Of a stretch of 64,000 nucleotides of DNA, positions 19,601 through 33,415 are shown in pieces. This DNA is from Ylistrum balloti (lineage: Eukaryota). Each line of letters starts with the position of its first letter. Position 1 is the stretch's first letter. The stretch spans positions 4,030,001 through 4,094,000 of the forward strand of contig NW_026782003.1 of NCBI RefSeq assembly GCF_031769215.1, given 5' to 3'. The position numbers and the translations under genes were made by a program. The notes below the pieces were generated by a model. It searched no databases. It was not told the origin of the DNA and saw only the letters and a program-made list of their open reading frames with translations.

Positions 19601-22600
19601 CAACAGTCTTCCGCACCACATTTTTTTGGTTCCATTTCAGATCTGACATACTTATTTTTTAATGTTGCAAATTTCAATGTCAAAGGATTCCCGTCCTTCT
19701 GTATTCGTGTCGTGTTTGTCAGCCTTTCTTTATCATCTTTTGCCATGCCATTTATTTCTTGTCGCTGCTTTTCCCGACGTTTTCACTTTTTCGACATCAT
19801 TCACGTTCATCATGTCGTTGCTTTTCCTCACGTCCTCCATCTTTGTTCAAGACATCAATTTACGTTGCGTCAACACAATTTGTGTTTTGTCATTGTCCCG
19901 CATTCATCTTTTCGTTGTACATTGTTAACGACTTTGTTCAATATTTGAGACATTGCTAATTATAAGGTACTTGTTGGGACATTGCTAAAAACCGTACTTC
20001 TATAAATAATGTAAAGAAGTTTTCTCCTGACTTAAGCAAACACACATAATATTTTTATGAATGTTACAGAGTCATATGGATATCATTGTGCGTACTCAGC
20101 AGTTGTTTGCTGGTGGTAGACGTGGCAGATAGGATACAACATTACTTTTCATACCCGGTATCAGTTAACCTCCAGGTAAATTACAAGGAGAGCATGCAAT
20201 TTCCTGCCGTCACCATCTGTAACCAAAACAGCTTTCGGTAAGTATCATCAGTAGGTATACTGTTGTCTATTCTTTCGTTTAATCTTGTATTCATTTAAAT
20301 CCTTTGAGAGGTAAAATGTTCATTTTCATAAATTAATGACTATAAGAAAGCGTAAACAATATAATAATTCAAAAGCAACGAAACTATTGCAAAATATGAA
20401 GGAATGAAAACAGTACACGGAGGCCAATGAAAACATAGAATAAGATCGTGTTAAACATCTTTAAGTTCATCGACGTCTATATGTTCATATTTTGCCCTCA
20501 TTTGATCGATTATGTTTGAATTACGACTTTGAATTACAATAATGATGTCATGTCCACTCAGAGAAACAAAACACTGCGAAATATGATACTAAACTATACT
20601 AAGTTTTAATACAACATTAAATGTTAATTACCCCTCTGAAGGAGAACACTGGCGATACAAAACGGACATTATGATCTACTGAAGTCGTTATACAAAGACG
20701 GTGATTCTCTGTATTTGTCTGGCGAGAAAAAAAGGAAATTCAGTGAGACTTGGATCAACGTTACCATGGAAACATTGTTTATAAACAACTCTCACCGGGC
20801 GGAGGACCTCATCGTTACGTAAGAAATTAAATTCGGTGTTGAATTTCAGCAAGTAAACTTTCTAATTGATAAACATAACTAAAAAACAAATAAAGAAAAA
20901 AAACCCTTTGTTTTGGGTCAGAAAATATTAATTTAACATTTTGATTTAAGTATGTTAACAAACGAAAAATGGTTTCCACAATAAATTACTATCATTTATC
21001 AGTTTAATTAGTGATGTTGATATTTCTATAGACAAATTCCTTATTTCTACTAAGATATAAAACTTTAATTATTTAATAGTTGTAAATGGAAAGGTGAGGC
21101 CTGTACTTGGAATGATTTCAAACCTGTGTTGACCCAACATGGACAGTGCTACACCTTCTTAGGTAACACAACAATCGAGGACGGTAACATCGTCGACTCA
21201 CCAGGTAATTATCATTGATCGCTTTAAACAATATGGTCACTTTTTGACTTGTGAAAATTATCGTTCAGAAATTTCATTTGAACTGCCAAGAATTTAGTTT
21301 AAGGAAACAAAGGAATATTAGATATAATAGTAATTACTCTCCATTTCCGACCTCCTTCCCTAGAGGAGTTGAAATCATTTGGTATTAAAGATAATGCCAT
21401 GTCTGTATATTTATACTACTTTGTGGTATAATATGAAATCATAACGAGGTCTTCTGATTATGTTTAGGGGTGTACAGTGGCCTAGAAGTGATATTGAACA
21501 TAGAAGACTATGATGGTATGATGGGGCCTCATAGTAGCGGCGGTGTGAAGGTCATTCTACATCACGAAACTGAGGTCCCCATGCCAGAATACGGCAACGA
21601 GCTCCCTTCTGGTCGGCATGGTTTCATGGATGTCCAAGTATCTAAGGTATGAACCAAATTCCTGTCAACTCTAAAAACTCTATGGTAAGCTAACATAACA
21701 AAAAATAAGTTTATCTTGAAAATAAGCGTGCAGTTTCGTACACAAATAAACCTGAATTTCCTTACTTTAGAAGAAAATAAGTCGCGTCTCATTTTCGAGT
21801 TATCATCGCTTCAGTACGACCTTACAAACGCTACTGCATTAGGAATGTGTATAAATATTCGTCATTTCACGCGCTTAACTGCACACGAGTGTCTGAATAC
21901 TTGAAATTGAAAAACGGGTATTTTCTTTGTTTTTAAATGTTTTGAACGCGAAATCAGGAGAAGATCGAGAAAAAAACCAATGAGCAAAACTTGGAAAAAA
22001 TGATTGTTTTTATGTTAATTTAAACATGCTGTTATTGCTTGTTTACTCGAATATTTCAATAAACATCTTTAACGTTTTGGTCTAGCAAAACAGTTGTTCT
22101 TCTCAAACTAATTTATCAAATTTGTTTTAAGAAATAATGTTATCTTATTTTTACAAGGCACAGAACGTTCCGCCTCCCCATGGACAGTGCGTGACTCGAT
22201 CGCTAAGGTTTATGGATATATATTCCTATACAGTTGGGGCCTGCCAGATGGAGTGTGAGATGCAGTACATCTCGTCTCTTTGTCACTGCCGACAAATACA
22301 CATGCCTATGGGAATGAGTAAGTGTATCCTACAGAGACACATATCATATCTCATTTGATAATAGAAAAAATGAATCATAAGACCAACAAGAGAAAATCTA
22401 AACTCAAACTGAATTCGTAAAAAGAACGGAGAAAATAAAATAACATCAAACTAAGACACCTTAAAGATGTCACAGCATGTGCTACTTTTTTCAGAATGAA
22501 CTTGACATTTTTTGTAAACATTCGTCTTTTACAGGTTCTCTTCCGCCTTGTAACGTGGACCAATACAGCACTTGTGTTGTTGAAGCAAAAGGTATCTGTT

Positions 22601-25600
22601 GGTTTCCTCTTCCGGGAGTTTATGAATATTTCCCTGCTATATTTGCCCTTATACTACCTGACGTGACCAGTTTAGATTTGTAAACGTCATTTCCTTTGAA
22701 TGTATGAAGCTACTGGCAAATAACGCACCTTATATGGTGAGTCTGGAACGACTAATAAAGAACAAAAGAGAAAATTTACAGGTGTAAACCGTAATTTATT
22801 AAAGAAAAATAATGATTTTTTCTTGTTGCAGTGAAATATAGGCGACTTCACGACGTCGCGTGTAGCTGCCCTGTACCATGTACTCAAACCTGGTACCGTC
22901 CTAATTTGTCATACGGTACCATCTCCAGATTTTCAACAAACCAAAGGAGAGTCATTCAAAACAGGAACATCAGAAGTCGACTTATATATGCACGGGAAAT
23001 GGCTTTTCGAGAGGAAATGGATTATTATACTTTACGGCGATCATTCGTTCATCTTAACCGTATAAGTTTGCCAAACTTTTACCGAGTCTTGCATGACTTA
23101 GAGAGTGTCGATATACTCCTAAAACAGTCGATAGATACATTTAACTATTTCTATGACTGTATACAGCGTGCACGGAAATACCTTGAAAAAGGTCATAGTG
23201 TGTACCCTAGTTATTATATATATACCAAGCGGCTGGATAAAACACGATTGGGTCGCGACTTCGTGGATTTGACATCATACCTTGATAGTCAGATTCGCCT
23301 TATGGAGACGACTGACAGGCCTGAGAAATGGACTGCGTACTATGAAACATTGCAAACTAAAGTTAGACTGGATTTGTCAGCTATTAAAGAAGTGTTGAAG
23401 GAGAAAGACTTTTTAGATTGGCTCTCAAAGCAATATCTAGACGTTTGGTTCGCTGACGATGATCAACTGCGAAGTAGTGCTTCACCAACAGTTTATTCTG
23501 TTCCGGCTGACTTGCAATGGATGGAAATCTATAAAACTATGAATAGGTGTAAGAGCACGTTACAAAGTTACATGGACATCGCTAAAACGTTTTTGAAAAC
23601 GGGAAAAATCGATTTGAAAATGCTGGAGTCACTGAATTCAACTTCAGCTAGGTTGGCAAAAACGTTTGACCAGCAGCGAACACAAATGGAAGTTTTTTTC
23701 AAAGAAAGTGTCGTTAGCAATTTCGACCACGTCAGTTATGTGCTGGATGTACAATCGCAACCGATGACTTCTGTGATATCTACATTTGAACAAAAATGCA
23801 CTACAATGTACATTACTATGGGAATACGGAAGGCTAGCATTTATCTCAACATGAGTGTTGACTATCTTTCACAGTATTTTGATAGGAGACGAACCCTCCT
23901 GACTGTGGCTGAACATTTTGACTCAAATCACATGAAGTATTTTATGGAAGAAGTGAGGACATTTGCGTCTGGAACATTTCACAATAAAGAGTTTAGCATG
24001 GAGTCAACTAATTGTTTGGACATGTTGCTGATAGAATATTACGCCATGCTCAAAGTATACGAACTCGTCAAACCAGCCTTAAATGGCATGAAGATCGGTT
24101 ATTACACACATAAAGATAATGCCATGCCGTCAATTAATCAGCTTGATAATTACAATTTTGATAAGGTGGAGCTCCTGGATGTCATTCTGAAACTAGATGA
24201 TGTTATCAAGATCATGGAAGAGTTCAAACAGTCGCTGAAAACAGATCAACAATTTTACAGGTACAAGGTTTAGGATTCCGTGTGTGAAGCTTGAGATCAT
24301 TTGTGAATATTTCAGTCTGTGTTTGTGTTTTCAGTAGTCCTCCATCTCCTTATTTGACTGCTTTCTTGATTAATAAGTTACGGCACCTTGAGCACCTTGT
24401 CTGTTTTCACAGTCTAAGTATTTAGCGGGAATTCTGCACGTGAACAATTTGGCTATATAACTCGGAGAATTTCTATTTCTTGCCAGTCAGCGGGAAAACG
24501 TGACAAACTAGTTTGCTGAATCACTGACGGTCTGTCTGTCTGTCGTAAATGCGTACAGTTATGTACGGACGCATTTGTCGTTTATACTTAGAGTCACTGT
24601 CGGTTGAATGGAGTAGAAAATAGAGTTAGAATGCAGTGTTAGGAACAAAATAAAAATGAAGCGTGTAGGAATAGGAGATTAGTACCTATTCATGCAAGGT
24701 CAATTTTACTAGTCCGTTGTCATTTTTGTTATAGAAGTTAGGCCTTGTAGACAGTTTTGACTTTTGAGAGTGCGTAGTGATGTCTTGTTTAAATATCACT
24801 AAATTCATCTTGTCTCCCTAATAATACTCAATAGAATATTATGTCACTCATTGGAGGAAAATTAATAAAATCATCCAAGACATAAATTTAACAACAACGC
24901 TGTTTGTTGAGTTCTTGATGGTAACTATTGTCATTTTAATAGGGAAAATTATGATAAAAATAACATAAGACATACATGTGATCACAAATTAAAATACACA
25001 GCTAGAATTAGATACAATAGAGCCAAAATACTAAATCACACTGCAACTGCAGCCAATTCGTCCTTTCAGGAATCGCGAGTGGTCGGAACAGCCTAAATGA
25101 AACCAATGGCGACTAGAAGAAAGGGAATCAAACTTGATTGAAAGTGTCAAAATCAAGAAGGGGAAAAGTACAGGCCTAATAATTCAATGAATTCCGTTAT
25201 TCGACCATAACATATTATCTTCAAACTTAACAATTTCTTAATTAGCTGTTTAACTAATAACAGCCAATAGTGCAATTAATTTAGTCAATTTCACTGATAA
25301 TGAAGTGTGTTTTGTTTACATAATACCGTGCGCTTTGATGTTTTCAGGGACAACTTTCTTCATCTGAATATATTGTTCCATGAACTGAGATATGAACAGC
25401 TAACTCAACAGATTGATTACACTATATTTGCTCTGATGGGTAAGTAAAATCTAGCTGCAAATTAATCTTCAGGATCCTGATGAACAATATATTGTTGTTA
25501 TTTTGATATAGAAATCGAATTTCTCTTGTTATTTCCATTTCTCCTATTTACGATTGATTTATGTGGAGCATGCGTCTTAACACAATATTTCAATATTTGG

Positions 25601-27155
25601 CCGAGATGTAATGCATTCAGGATATTCATTTTTAAAGATATGTAAAGGTCTAATAATTAAATTTTAACTTTTGTTTCGGTGATGATATTTTGTTGAAAGT
25701 AAAAAACATTTCGAATAGCAAAATGTAATAAGTTTCTGTGTTTCTTTCACCACTTCAGGCGTCAGAATATGCGTATTAGGAAATATTCATTTTCGTTTCT
25801 TACAAGCAGACATTCTTTGTTTTTCTCGAGATGATCTTTCCCAGCTAACCTCTTTTTATTTCATCAAAATGTAATAACAAGAAACTGAAAATGCTGAAAT
25901 GCTGCTTTTAGTCGATTTTAATTTCTCAAAACTTCGTAGCATCCAAAAATATCAATTTTGAAAAAAAATATTTTAAAAAATTAATTCTGTATCAGGCAAT
26001 GTGCTGAATTTCAACTTTTTAAAGACCTTGTACTTTGATAGAAAAAGTATGGTTATTATTTACAAAATCAAAAAAGACACTTGTTTTTTCGCAATTTTAC
26101 CAAAATGTCGAATTGTTCTATGATCAAGAAATAAATTTGAATACATTTCAGATCATCAAAATCAAGAAAATGATCCAACAAATCAATATACACGTATTTC
26201 AAATTTGTGATTTTTATATTTAATTCGTTCAATATTTATTTTACAATATTTGCATTACACAAGTAAAAATCGACTACAAAACGTCATAGTTATACGTTCA
26301 GCATTGGTAGCTTAAGATGCTATACAACTTTAAATAACAAAGCCACAAATGCAAAAGTGTACAATATAACGTTGAAATTAATTTAATTTGAAAATTAATC
26401 ATATTCTGCTTTCGGTCAAATACGATTTTTAGATCTATTTGAATTTCGTTGATCAAACATAAAATAAAAGGCATATTTCGGGATGAAATTGAAGCAAAAC
26501 ATTTTTTTTAAATATTGATGATCGATATGGTTTTAACCACCACTTCCCTGATGTCCCAGGCCTTGTCGTTGTTATTTTATATAAGGATGCTCGATTAGGA
26601 TAGTAAACCGAGTTACAGAAATCAGAATCCGGATTGTTGTAAATTATAATTATTAAAATCGTATATTTTTTATGCTGCACTAAAAGACTTCTCGAAATAT
26701 CGTTTTCATTCGGTTTCAAATCGCTTTAAAGACCACCTTGGGGAAATGACACTAAGAAACTTTTCAAAACATTGATTATATATTCGGTAACATCTCGTTC
26801 GTAAAACCACATTGGGGATTTGACACTAAGAAACTACTCATGATTTCGTTTTCATTTGGTTTCAACTCACTTAACAGATCACCTTGATGTCTCGACACTA
26901 ACTCAAAATATTAATTACGACCATCTTTTTTCTTGTTTTAAATGTCATTGTTATTTTTGTTGAATTCCAGGTGACATTGGTGGGGCCATGGGCCTTTGTA
27001 TTGGTGCCAGTGCGCTAAGTGTTTTTGAGATCATTGACTTCATCACAATACTTTTAGCATCTATCATGGTTAAAAGGAAACGTTCCTCAAAGTCACATCC
27101 TACGGTCGTCCACGTCAAGCCCAAGAATGAGTTGAATGTGAAACCGGTATATTGA
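16635..27155 (+). CDS. DEG/ENaC (ASIC-clade-like) ion channel, 10 exons, ~928 aa, with a giant extracellular insertion
   Basis: Exons 16635-16849, 20070-20237, 20642-20818, 21080-21204, 21468-21646, 22158-22317, 22535-22591, 22832-24260, 25348-25439, 26971-27155. All are GT-AG, phase-consistent and total 2787 nt. Motifs: pre-TM1 STTFHG, TM1, FPAVTICNQN, TQHGQCYTF, SGLEVILNIE, GVKVILH, thumb cysteines ending CSCPVPC, NFLHLNILFHELRYEQLTQ, TM2 MGDIGGAMGLCIGASALSVFE. Confidence 0.93.
17200..17360 (+). mobile_element. LINE RT fragment (CR1/L2-like) in intron 1 of the channel gene
   Basis: Translates AFDKGSHNVFLQKSNRYRIRGIVINWIK then, after a frameshift, FLINRTMSVILDGELS. This matches the KAFDxVxH...GI.G..L.WI..FL..R.Q.V pattern of RT domain 3. 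Confidence 0.7.
17570..18700 (-). mobile_element. decayed LINE ORF2 5' part: 2A-like motif, APE endonuclease, EN-RT linker
   Basis: LLSCGDIHPNPDP (~18663-18622); DVLCVTETHLNDS...FKKDRNNCGG (APE motifs); IWMTNDIRLKIKERNRQYSKVK...WNIFGTIRNEVIALTREAKEKY (linker, ORF 17727-17993). Confidence 0.82.
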
Positions 27156-27395
27156 GATTCACGTTATTTCGGACAGAAACATTATTTGAACCGAAAGGAG
27201 TTATCTGATTATTCAATGCCTAGATTACAATATTGACTCTTTAAACTGTGATATTATCTTTCTGTAATCACCCTTAAATCCATTTTAGTATTTGACTGTG
27301 TTTACATGTTGTGTATTATACATTAAATATGAAGGATATATTTTACCATGCATGATTGTTAAGAAAATGTATTTGAGGTTCTGACAAATGAAATA

Positions 27396-27569
27396 CAGTC
27401 GAACCTCGTTATTTTGTTATTTAAGTAGAAAGACCCCGTTTAATTCGAAGTATTTCATCGGTCCCTGCCGAACTTTACAAAAAACATTCGAACTCACTTT
27501 AATTGAATACCCGGTTATCTCGAGGTTTACTCGTGGTCCCGCCGAGTTCGATATAACGAGGTTTAACTG
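27396..27569. mobile_element. Tc1/mariner-superfamily (pogo/Tigger-like) MITE, 174 bp
   Basis: TIRs CAGTCGAACCTCGTTAT and (reverse complement) CAGTTAAACCTCGTTAT match 15/17; TA on both flanks (27394-95, 27570-71). Confidence 0.8.
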
Positions 27570-30500
27570 TATATTGGCCAATGTTAATGTTTTAACGCAA
27601 AGTTTTAAACAAAGAATTTTGTGAACAAATGCAAAAAATCAAAGTCATAGCTTTAATGTTATAACTTCCGATATCCTCTCTTTTTATCGAATTATTCAAA
27701 GCAAAAAAAAAACAACATGTAAGCAATTATAAATAAATGAATTATATGATGGAGGATAATTACATACACATTGTAGTCAAAATATTATAAAGACTCAATT
27801 TACGTGCATAACCAAACTATTTCTTGATACTGTGAAAAATAACGTTTTACGTATATTCACTCGTGTGTGTTTTGTTTAAACTTTTTGCAAGTTTGCAGGT
27901 GGCATACACTGCTGGTGGAATACATGTCGTCGAGGTTTGCCGTAACCTGCTTGTCAACCCATATATCCGTATCTGATTTATTCATATGATCTCGGGTTGT
28001 GATTTCTCTGTGATCTCCAGTATGAAATAGATGAAGTACCATGCTTTGGTGACCGGTGCCTTGTATGGGTATAACATTTAAGTGGCTGTGAACAGATGCT
28101 AGAGGTTTATGTATTGATTAATGGCTGTCCAGATCCCTGAAGTACTCGAGTATACTATTAGTCATTAAATATTCACGATTTCAGATATTTATTGGTTCTA
28201 TGGATTTACCTTGAATCATTATCACAGTCCCTCGATATGAATATTTGTCTTTATATATGAAGGGAATTAAGAGTTTGCAATAATCCATAAATTTAATTGG
28301 TACCTTATATGTAAATATCATTTATATGATAACCGATTGTAAGTCCCACGGTAATCGTGATGAATGTTGACGTATGAGTCAGAAAAGTTAGGTTTCGACT
28401 ACAGAAGATATTTCATTCTTGTTCGAAAAACTTTTCCATTATTTACAATTTTAGTTTCTACTATGATTTAAAGTTTTTACCTATTTAAATATGATGATAT
28501 CCTAAGACATGTGTATATCTGATAGAACATAAGAAAACTTATACGGACATCATAACTTAAGATATCACCAAGCTTTGATCTCTACGACGCGGAAAACAAC
28601 TGGATATAAACATATTTTTATAAAACTGCGAATTGTGTCATTTTTACTTGTATGGAGTTACAAATCCAGGCGATTTTACTTGTATTCATTATCCCGATTT
28701 TAGTGCAAGATGTCATCAGCTGACAGACAAATTCACAACACACAGATGCTGTTTGATGGAAATTATTGGTAAATCTTGTGGTCGCCACAGTGATCTCATT
28801 GAGAAATATGAAATATTTTATCTGTGCGATATGAAGAGTCTTTAAGGATCTCTTTAAGAAAGAATAGAAATTTACCCACGCACCAAAGTAAATTAAAGTG
28901 GGTTGTATTTGTAGCACCTTGAGTGACTACCCATGAAATAGGATTTAAAAATTCAAAAGGTCCATAGGGCCTGTGCTACGATCAATTTAACGTCGTAACT
29001 ATAGGAGTACGACAGCCTTCAGTTTTTCATCTGAAAAAAGTATTTCGACCACAGCGTACATTAACAAATTATATACTGTTTGATTAACAAGGATCGATTT
29101 GGCAATATGGTGGCAAATATGTATCAAACTATTGCAAAATAAAAACATCATGTAGTTTCGAAAAAGTATGATATATTTGTTTTACATTTTTCAGTTAAGA
29201 CAGTTTTTCAAAGGACTGAAGCCTGTACTTCCAATTAGAATGCACCAACAATATGTTTATATTATTTGGCCATGTAGAACAATTGGTAAAAAATTCAGGG
29301 AAATAGAGAGCCGGTTAACGTGTCATTTAAAAGCCAAATGATTAGTATCTCAATTTTAGTCAGTTTTGTTGGATTTCGACAGGGGTCAGTATTTCCTCAA
29401 AAATATGTTGAAACAATGGTATACATAGTCATTTTTGAATAAGTAGATTCTGCTGCAAGTTTCAATGTCAAAAATGAATATAAATATTGTTAATTGATAA
29501 AATTAACAAAAATTAAAACAAAAATGAGATTTTTCGACAGTTTCTTTTTTTTGTCTATATTTTGTCTATCTTTTTGAATTTCAGTTTGTTTTTTTAAACT
29601 AAAAAATTATCATTAACTTAAATCCTTATAGGAATACCAAACTCCTTCAATAAATCGATGATTTGTTGGCTTAATAAGAAATCCATTGACCATTTGGATG
29701 GCCTGATTTTCATCCTTTTTCAAGACGAGAAACTATTAGCGATATCTTGGGACTGTCATTTGAGTATCCTGGACAAATATGCAGACAAGGCTGAATATTG
29801 TGTTACATAGGCAAGCAGTTACATCAGCTTAAGTTGGAAATTGACAACATCTTTGTAGTATATAGAATATATGTCAAATCTTTGTTATATTTGTATAATT
29901 ACATGTGTTTTCGTCTAAAGTTTTAAATGTGTATCTTCAAATCATGTTTATGGGAAAAAATATATGGTTTCAGTATCACTGTAAGATATTTGGCAATTAT
30001 TATTTTGTCTTGCTAGCTAATGAAATAAAAAAAAAGATTGAAGGGAACGATCATCAAATGGCTTTCGCGAAGTCTTGTGCAAAGATAAACCTTCTGCACG
30101 TATACATTGGCCTTATTAAATAAACTGGATAAATTGTTGTCGAATGATATTCCAAGGTCATTGAAAATACCATACATAAGGATATAAAGATGGTAACTAA
30201 GGGTTAATGCATTTCTTTATGATTTAATCGTTGCAATAGATTTTTAGATATAATGTAATTACAAAGTCTAGATACGGAGTAATCTGGGTATATGAATCTC
30301 CGGTATCAAAAATGCTACCTTGTCTTAGCTAGGAAAAATATCATATCGTAATATCAAGAAAAAGAATTTCTACCTAAATCCTGTTCAAATGAGAAGATAT
30401 GAATCTTAACAGAAATTAGTTATGAAGAGATCTCTATACAATAATTAGATGTAAGACCTGTTATATCGCAAAGAAACCCGTATTATAATCAGGAATAAGC

Positions 30501-30984
30501 ATGATGTAACTGTACTGAGCAGAATTAATATCTAGTTTTAACCTTTAAAGTTTCCAGCACAAAACAATTTCCAATTAAAACCCAAAAGAGTTATTGAATT
30601 AAATACCTCTGGAAATAGTTCTGAACGTGTCATGTCATGCAAAAACCTATAGTTAAATGAAAAATATCTAACTGCTTTGTGACCTGTTGTGATAAGCTTT
30701 TTGATAAATTCAGCCTCGTGTGAAAACAAAAGACGAGTCAGCCACCAGAGGGACACAGTTAGTTCCCAAAGATATGCCGTCTATTAGAATATCTTACCAC
30801 CAAACTCGACAAATATGTCATTTTTATGATTACGTCCTCCGTATGTTTCTTCTTTGATTTGGCCGTAACTTTTACGAAATATACTTGAGTATAGTTCTAA
30901 ATAATATATTTTTACTGCCGTTCATATTTCGTGCAGAAGAAAACGAAGGTGTTCCTTCAGTTTAGACTGGGATATGGTGCTGTA

Positions 30985-31841
30985 CAGAGTGGTCAGTACT
31001 AGATGACTACACTGACATTATTGATCCTTTCTGTTCCCCTGAGGGAGTGGTCAGTACTAGATAACTACACTGACATTATTGATCCTTTCTGTTCCCCTGA
31101 GGGAGTGGTCAGTACTAGATAACTACGCTGACATTATTGATACTTTCTGTTCCCCTGAGGGAGTGGTCAGCACTAGATAACTACACTGACATTATTGATC
31201 CTTTCCGTTCCCCTGAGGGAGTGGTCAGTACTAGATAACTACACTGACATTATTGATCCTTTCTGTTCCCCTGAGGGAGTGGTCAGTACTAGATAACTAC
31301 GCTGACATTATTGATACTTTCTGTTCCCCTGAGGGAGTGGTCAGTACTAGATAACTACACTGACATTATTGATCCTTTCTGTTCCCCTGAGGGAGTGGTC
31401 AGTACTAGATAACTACACTGACATTATTGTTACTTTCTGTTCCCCCGAGGGAGTGGTCAGTACTAGATAACTACACTGACATTATTGATCCTTTCTGTTC
31501 CCCCGAGGGAGTGGTCAGTACTAGATAACTACACTGACATTATTGATCCTTTCTGTTCCCCTGAGGGAGTGGTCAGTACTAGATGACTACACTGACATTA
31601 TTGATCCTTTCTTTTCCCCTGAGGGAGTGGTCAGTACTAGATGACTACACTGACATTATTGATCCTTTCTGTTCCCCTGAGGGAGTGGTCAGTACTAGAT
31701 AACTACACTGACATTATTGATCCTTTCTGTTCCCCTGAGGGAGTGGTCAGTACTAGATAACTACACTGACATTATTGATCCTTTCTGTTCCCCTGAGGGA
31801 GTGGTCAGTACTAGATAACTACACTGACATTATTGATACTT
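30985..31841. repeat. 58-bp minisatellite, ~14.5 near-identical copies
   Basis: Unit gagggagtggtcagtactagataactacactgacattattgatcctttctgttcccct repeats head to tail with no spacers. Confidence 0.97.
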
Positions 31842-32604
31842 TATGCAACAGGTTTATCCGCTTCTTACAATACGTGTTGTTTAACACGTTTCTTAGCCCA
31901 ATAAGAATAGAGGAAAGTTATGTATGAGTTTTTTCAGTACGTTACGTTGAATTGGAATGGACTATTCTGTTTTAACAACACACTAATGTCAATGAATTGT
32001 TAAAAACCACAGCACAGTTTTGATAGTATCACATAGTTATGTTTATATTAGTGCTCAGGTGGACATTTAAAAGCTAACTATTCACCTTTACTCCTTTGTA
32101 AATGTACCTTATGGAGGCTTACAAGTAAAGAATTTTAAAAACAACGGCACAGAGCACTGTTTGAAGGGTGTAATATTCCCCATTAACAATCACTATATGG
32201 GAAACGTGCGCGCCGATCCGTTCGTTCAAGCCTGCAAGGATTTACATATACCCTGTTAATCAATAGTACAATAAAGAAACACGTTCTAGCAATTAAAGAA
32301 ACATGTTCTAACACTAAGCTAAAAAATAATATGTTATCAAATACGGCATATAGATTTATACCTAGTATAATGCCGTATTTAGTCAACGTTTGATCTTCAT
32401 CAATTAATACGAGATAGGTAGTTAATATTTTGTAATTCCCGAGAAACATGGACATAGTTTGTTATTATATATACCCGTGTTTTATGTGACTGTTATATTT
32501 CAGTTAGACCTGGAACCAAAGTGGTCAAGGATATCCTTTTTTTATATATATTTCTGATGAAAAGGATCAGAGAATATAACTGCCTGGTCAGACGAATAGT
32601 ACCT

Positions 32605-32965
32605 AAAAAAAGTCAGTGAATATTACTACCATGCTATGACAATTTGTCAGACGGTTAAAAATCAGTGAATATTACTACCATGCTATGACAATTTGTCAGA
32701 CGGTTAAAAATCAGCGAATATAACTACCATGCTATGACAATTTGTCAGACGAATTTTAAAAAATCAGTGAATATTACTACCATGCTATGACAATTTGTCA
32801 GACGGATTAAAAATATCAACGAATATTACTACCATCTATGACAATTTGTCAGACGGATTAAAAAAAACATTGAATATTACTACCATGCTATGACGATCTG
32901 TCAGAAGGATTAAAAAAATCATTGAATATCATTACGAAATCATGACGACTTGTCAGACGAAATAA
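32605..32965. repeat. ~49-52-bp minisatellite, ~7 copies
   Basis: Unit aaaatcagtgaatattactaccatgctatgacaatttgtcagacggtt; length varies in the A-run. Confidence 0.9.
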
Positions 32966-33415
32966 AAAAAATGGCGAGTTCAAATGACTGTGATGAATTG
33001 TTACTTGTACTTGTTTACAAAGAAGCTTAATTCCTGTCCGGGTTTACTACACATACACAAAAGTAACATTTCAGATCCTGTAGTCAGTATCAAAACGGTT
33101 ATTGACAAATTAACAATTCACGTGTATAAAGTTAAATACAAACTCCAGTCTGATGATTCCTTCTGTTTTTTTTACTCATTTGTCCTGATTAAATATCACA
33201 CAATTCCTCAATACAGATAACAAAAATGTATGTAACATATATCTATACGCTCGCTTAATGGCTAGGTTCATATATAGTTCTCACGGGACAAGTTAAGAGG
33301 AAATGATAACATTAACTGTCACGTGACACATACTTTGTAGGACTTTTTTTGCAAGCCTTTTGATTATTAACACTACATTTACCTTCAGTTACCATTCCAT
33401 TTCACCGGATTTACA

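Noticed and set aside
19500-19960. Purine-rich minus-strand stretch with charged peptide remnants (KRREKQRQE...) and three short plus-strand hydrophobic ORFs
   Set aside because: Multiple stops, no splice structure, no recognisable domain. It may be a decayed element but I cannot support a call.
25450-30500. Possible non-autonomous DNA transposon remnants (25450-26330, 28940-30500, also 49770-50000 and 60200-60500)
   Set aside because: The texture resembles repeats, but I could not define TIRs, TSDs or a second copy in the window.
30985-31841. CRISPR-like appearance of regular repeats (also 38400-39445)
   Set aside because: Head-to-tail units without unique spacers, no cas genes, eukaryotic intron-containing context.
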